Assembly: GCF_902728285.1 (NCBI RefSeq)
Contig: NW_027103772.1
Coordinates: 185,149 to 249,148, forward strand
Direction of reading: 5' to 3'
DNA: 64,000 bases
Source: Clytia hemisphaerica
Lineage: Eukaryota
Under the pieces are notes generated by a model. That model was not told the origin of the DNA. It ran no database searches and was given only the letters and a program-made list of their open reading frames with translations. Shown here piece by piece: positions 61,183 through 64,000 of this stretch (position 1 is its first letter; every line of letters starts with the position of its first letter). Made by a program: the position numbers and the translations under genes.

Positions 61183-64000
61183 GTAAGTGTAACATCTAGG
61201 CTGACTTGCCTAACATTCCATAACCTTATGTACACATCTCCAAGGGAACTAAAGTTTTCTAAGTGTATTATTAGTCTAATAATGCTGACATCATTTCAAC
61301 AATTGAGCAAATAGAGTGCAAGCAGAAGTAATTTGTCGATTGATAAAATTTCTGAATTTTTCAAATGTTGTTGAGAACTTATTTTAAGGATTTGATAGGA
61401 TAATTATTTTTCAGTCTACAAACACCAAACGTCTTCCTCATTCGGTACTAGTAAACACGATGTAAAAACAGGAGAACTGTTTTGAAAATCCCAGTATAAG
61501 CGTATAAGAATATGTTCCCCTGGGAACCTGAAAGTTTTCCACAGTTGATTCTAATACATCTCTTTTACCACCATAGGCTGTTCTGTGGCGTACAATCCAT
61601 CGTCGTTCAAACATCTTTGGGATTCTTCGTTGATATCCTTGAAAGAGATTCTCGGATTAGTGTAGTTTTTCTGTAAAATTTCTAATTATTCTACTTCCTT
61701 AAATATCTATTACATGAAAGTTCAGTGCCGTAGCAACTTTTTTCAATAATTTTTTCAACAATGGTTATTTTGCAAAATGCAAAGTTTTTCTTTTTTTAAT
61801 TTGTCATAACTGTCACAAATGAGTGCATTTTCAAGCAATCTAGAGCTCAAATTTTCAAAATCCCCCCCCCCCCCCTCGGGGCAAACCATGGTTGGCTCTC
61901 GCGGTGTCACTAAACTTCAGCCCCCCCCCCCCCAATATGGAAATGCTTCTTACGGCACTGAAGTTGTCTCAATTTAGAAATGAGCGTATGTGCGACCCAA
62001 AATTAAGCTATTAAAATCCGACCCTTACAGCACACAAAAAGTTCAAACCTGACACTTGCAGCTTAAAGAAAATTCAAAATTTTCATTTTTCTTTGTCCGA
62101 AAACATTCGTTTTTCTAACTTTTTCTACTTTTTCTTAGTTGAATTAGGTTGAATAAACCAAAAACAAAATTTCATGGTATTTTGGCTAGGTTTAACAGGG
62201 GTCGTTAGAAACCCACAGCCTTTGTTGCTCTACATATTATAAATTTTTATGGAATTAATTTATTCGTTAAATATACACACTTAAAATATATGAACATAAT
62301 TTATTTACATCAAATATACATATCCATTTTTCTAGATATTTTGAAATTTAAAAGGGAAAGAAATAATTGTCGAATATATTTACCAAGCTCATTGTATATG
62401 GCAATTTGGGAAAACGCTTTTCCCCATAGGCTTTTTCACGGTCCAAAAAGATTATGGGTAACAAAGACCATCGCACTTTAATAACGTCTATCTATTCATC
62501 TGAAATTTTAGAATTTTTGCATATAACCAGGGTTTCTTATAACCAAGGGCTGTTATCTGGAACACCGCCTTCTCAAAGCTCACTGGGACCCCTTCCCTCT
62601 GGAAAAATTGGCCCAAGTATCGTCCCTCGGTGGAGAATTCTCTAAATCTGTCCCTGCTGTAAATAATCAGATAAGCCAATCCTCACTGCAAATTATTGTG
62701 CAATACTTTTCATCCCCACTGAATTTTCTTGCTCAAAAACAATGGAATTCAAATCCCCAGTCATGAGCAAAATGGGAATATCAATCCCCATCGAGTTTTG
62801 ATCTGCTATTTTTACCCTTGCTGGCTGAAAGAGTCTCAACAGGTCTGTAAGAAGGGGGTGTTTTGTACTGGTTTTGTATGCAATCAGTCCTGATAACTGT
62901 CATTTCTCTATAGTGATATATTACACAGGAAAAAAATCATCAAATCTAAAAGTTTGGGAAATGTAAAATCACAAAGCTAAATTCTGGATCCAGAATGGGT
63001 TCTTCCAAAAAATGTCCGTACATTGTCCGGGGGTAGCGAAAAATCATCAAAATTTGTCCGGGGGTAATTTGGGTTGTCTGGGGGTCAATTGATGCTTGTC
63101 CGGGGGGTAAAACCTGTTGTCCGGGGGCCAAATGTCACTCTGTCCGGGGGTAAATCACTGAAAATTGTTATAACCTTCACCCCCCATGTTCAAATTTATT
63201 CTGGAAAAACTCATTACAGGGTTAGGTAACATGGCTTCCCAAACTTGTCTAAGTTTATTTCACAATATGGAAACAATGCTATTAACAATTCTCAACAAAT
63301 AAATTCGACTTTGTGATATTGTAAAGCGCACTATGGGAAATGTCAAATTACCTAAAGTTGAATTACGTTTGATAAATTGTTAAATGTATTTGATCACTTT
63401 GTGAGCATTGGCTCGATAGCTCCCATTCGTTCTGTCATGTACTTGCGCTAAAATGTGAAAATCCAGGCACTGACACAACAGCGGATAGCTGCACTTGAGA
63501 GCTGCGACTCGATATCTTCAAACCTGTCTCACCGTTCCACTGAGCCCATGCGACGTAAGTCCATTTCGAGGCCGTTGTGGGACGCCTCACATTTAGCTTT
63601 GTGTTACACACTGACCGAATACAACGTATACCTTATCGACCCTTATTGGTGTTATCTTTGGGCACGTGGCGTAATAAGGGCCGGCATTAAAAGGGCCAAG
63701 ATTTTGCAAATTTTACCTAAAAGTGGCTTACTTACTTACTTACTATTATTTCTCAATTTAAAGGATTTTAGGTATGATTCGAGAACAAAAGTTGTCCATT
63801 GTTTAACTATCTAAGACCTCATAAAAATCAGTGATTTTGAATGGAATTTTCAACAATTTACTACCGAAACATGACATTTCAATGTAAATTTTAAACACTA
63901 TTTACTAATTTGAAGCGTAAATAGCCATTTTTACAAATTTTAGCGTTATTAACGGCCCTAATTGGCGTGAGGCCAAAATTGGCCTCTGGCGGAAAATAAG

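Noticed and set aside
1-64000. Prokaryotic-type systems (CRISPR arrays, defence operons, toxin-antitoxin pairs).
   Set aside because: The sequence has spliceosomal introns with GT-AG boundaries, a histone, LINEs and MITEs with TSDs. It is clearly eukaryotic nuclear DNA, and no CRISPR-like regularly spaced repeats were found.

Overview
This window is AT-rich, intron-containing, repeat-dense eukaryotic (metazoan) DNA. The gene content fits a cnidarian-like invertebrate (Hydra-like is a low-confidence guess). It is not prokaryotic: there are no operons and no CRISPR. I can support four protein-coding loci. (1) An intronless 785-aa class C (family 3) GPCR at 10620-12977 (+), with signal peptide, Venus-flytrap-like ectodomain, 9-Cys NCD3G-like region and a 7TM ending in the mGluR-type '(P)KVYIxLF' motif. 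(2) A solitary H2A.X-type histone H2A at 18747-19148 (-), with a C-terminal SQEY. (3) A 4-exon PGAM5 (mitochondrial Ser/Thr phosphatase) ortholog at 32741-35435 (+), with TM anchor, WDxxWD motif and histidine-phosphatase RHGQY. (4) A multi-exon NACHT (STAND P-loop) plus RI-type LRR gene (NLR-like) running from 55430 to beyond 61182 (+). The rest is mobile DNA. There are two CR1/L2-like LINE ORF2 fragments, each interrupted by a TA-flanked TIR element, plus a LINE 3' tail. There is a very high density of non-autonomous TIR elements (MITEs) from at least 8 families: Stowaway-like with TA TSD, hAT-like with about 8-bp TSD and G/C homopolymer termini, a Mutator-like 984-bp element with a perfect 9-bp TSD, and two TTAA-flanked elements. 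There are also satellite arrays, and a roughly 1.5-3.8 kb direct segmental duplication that brackets the GPCR gene.
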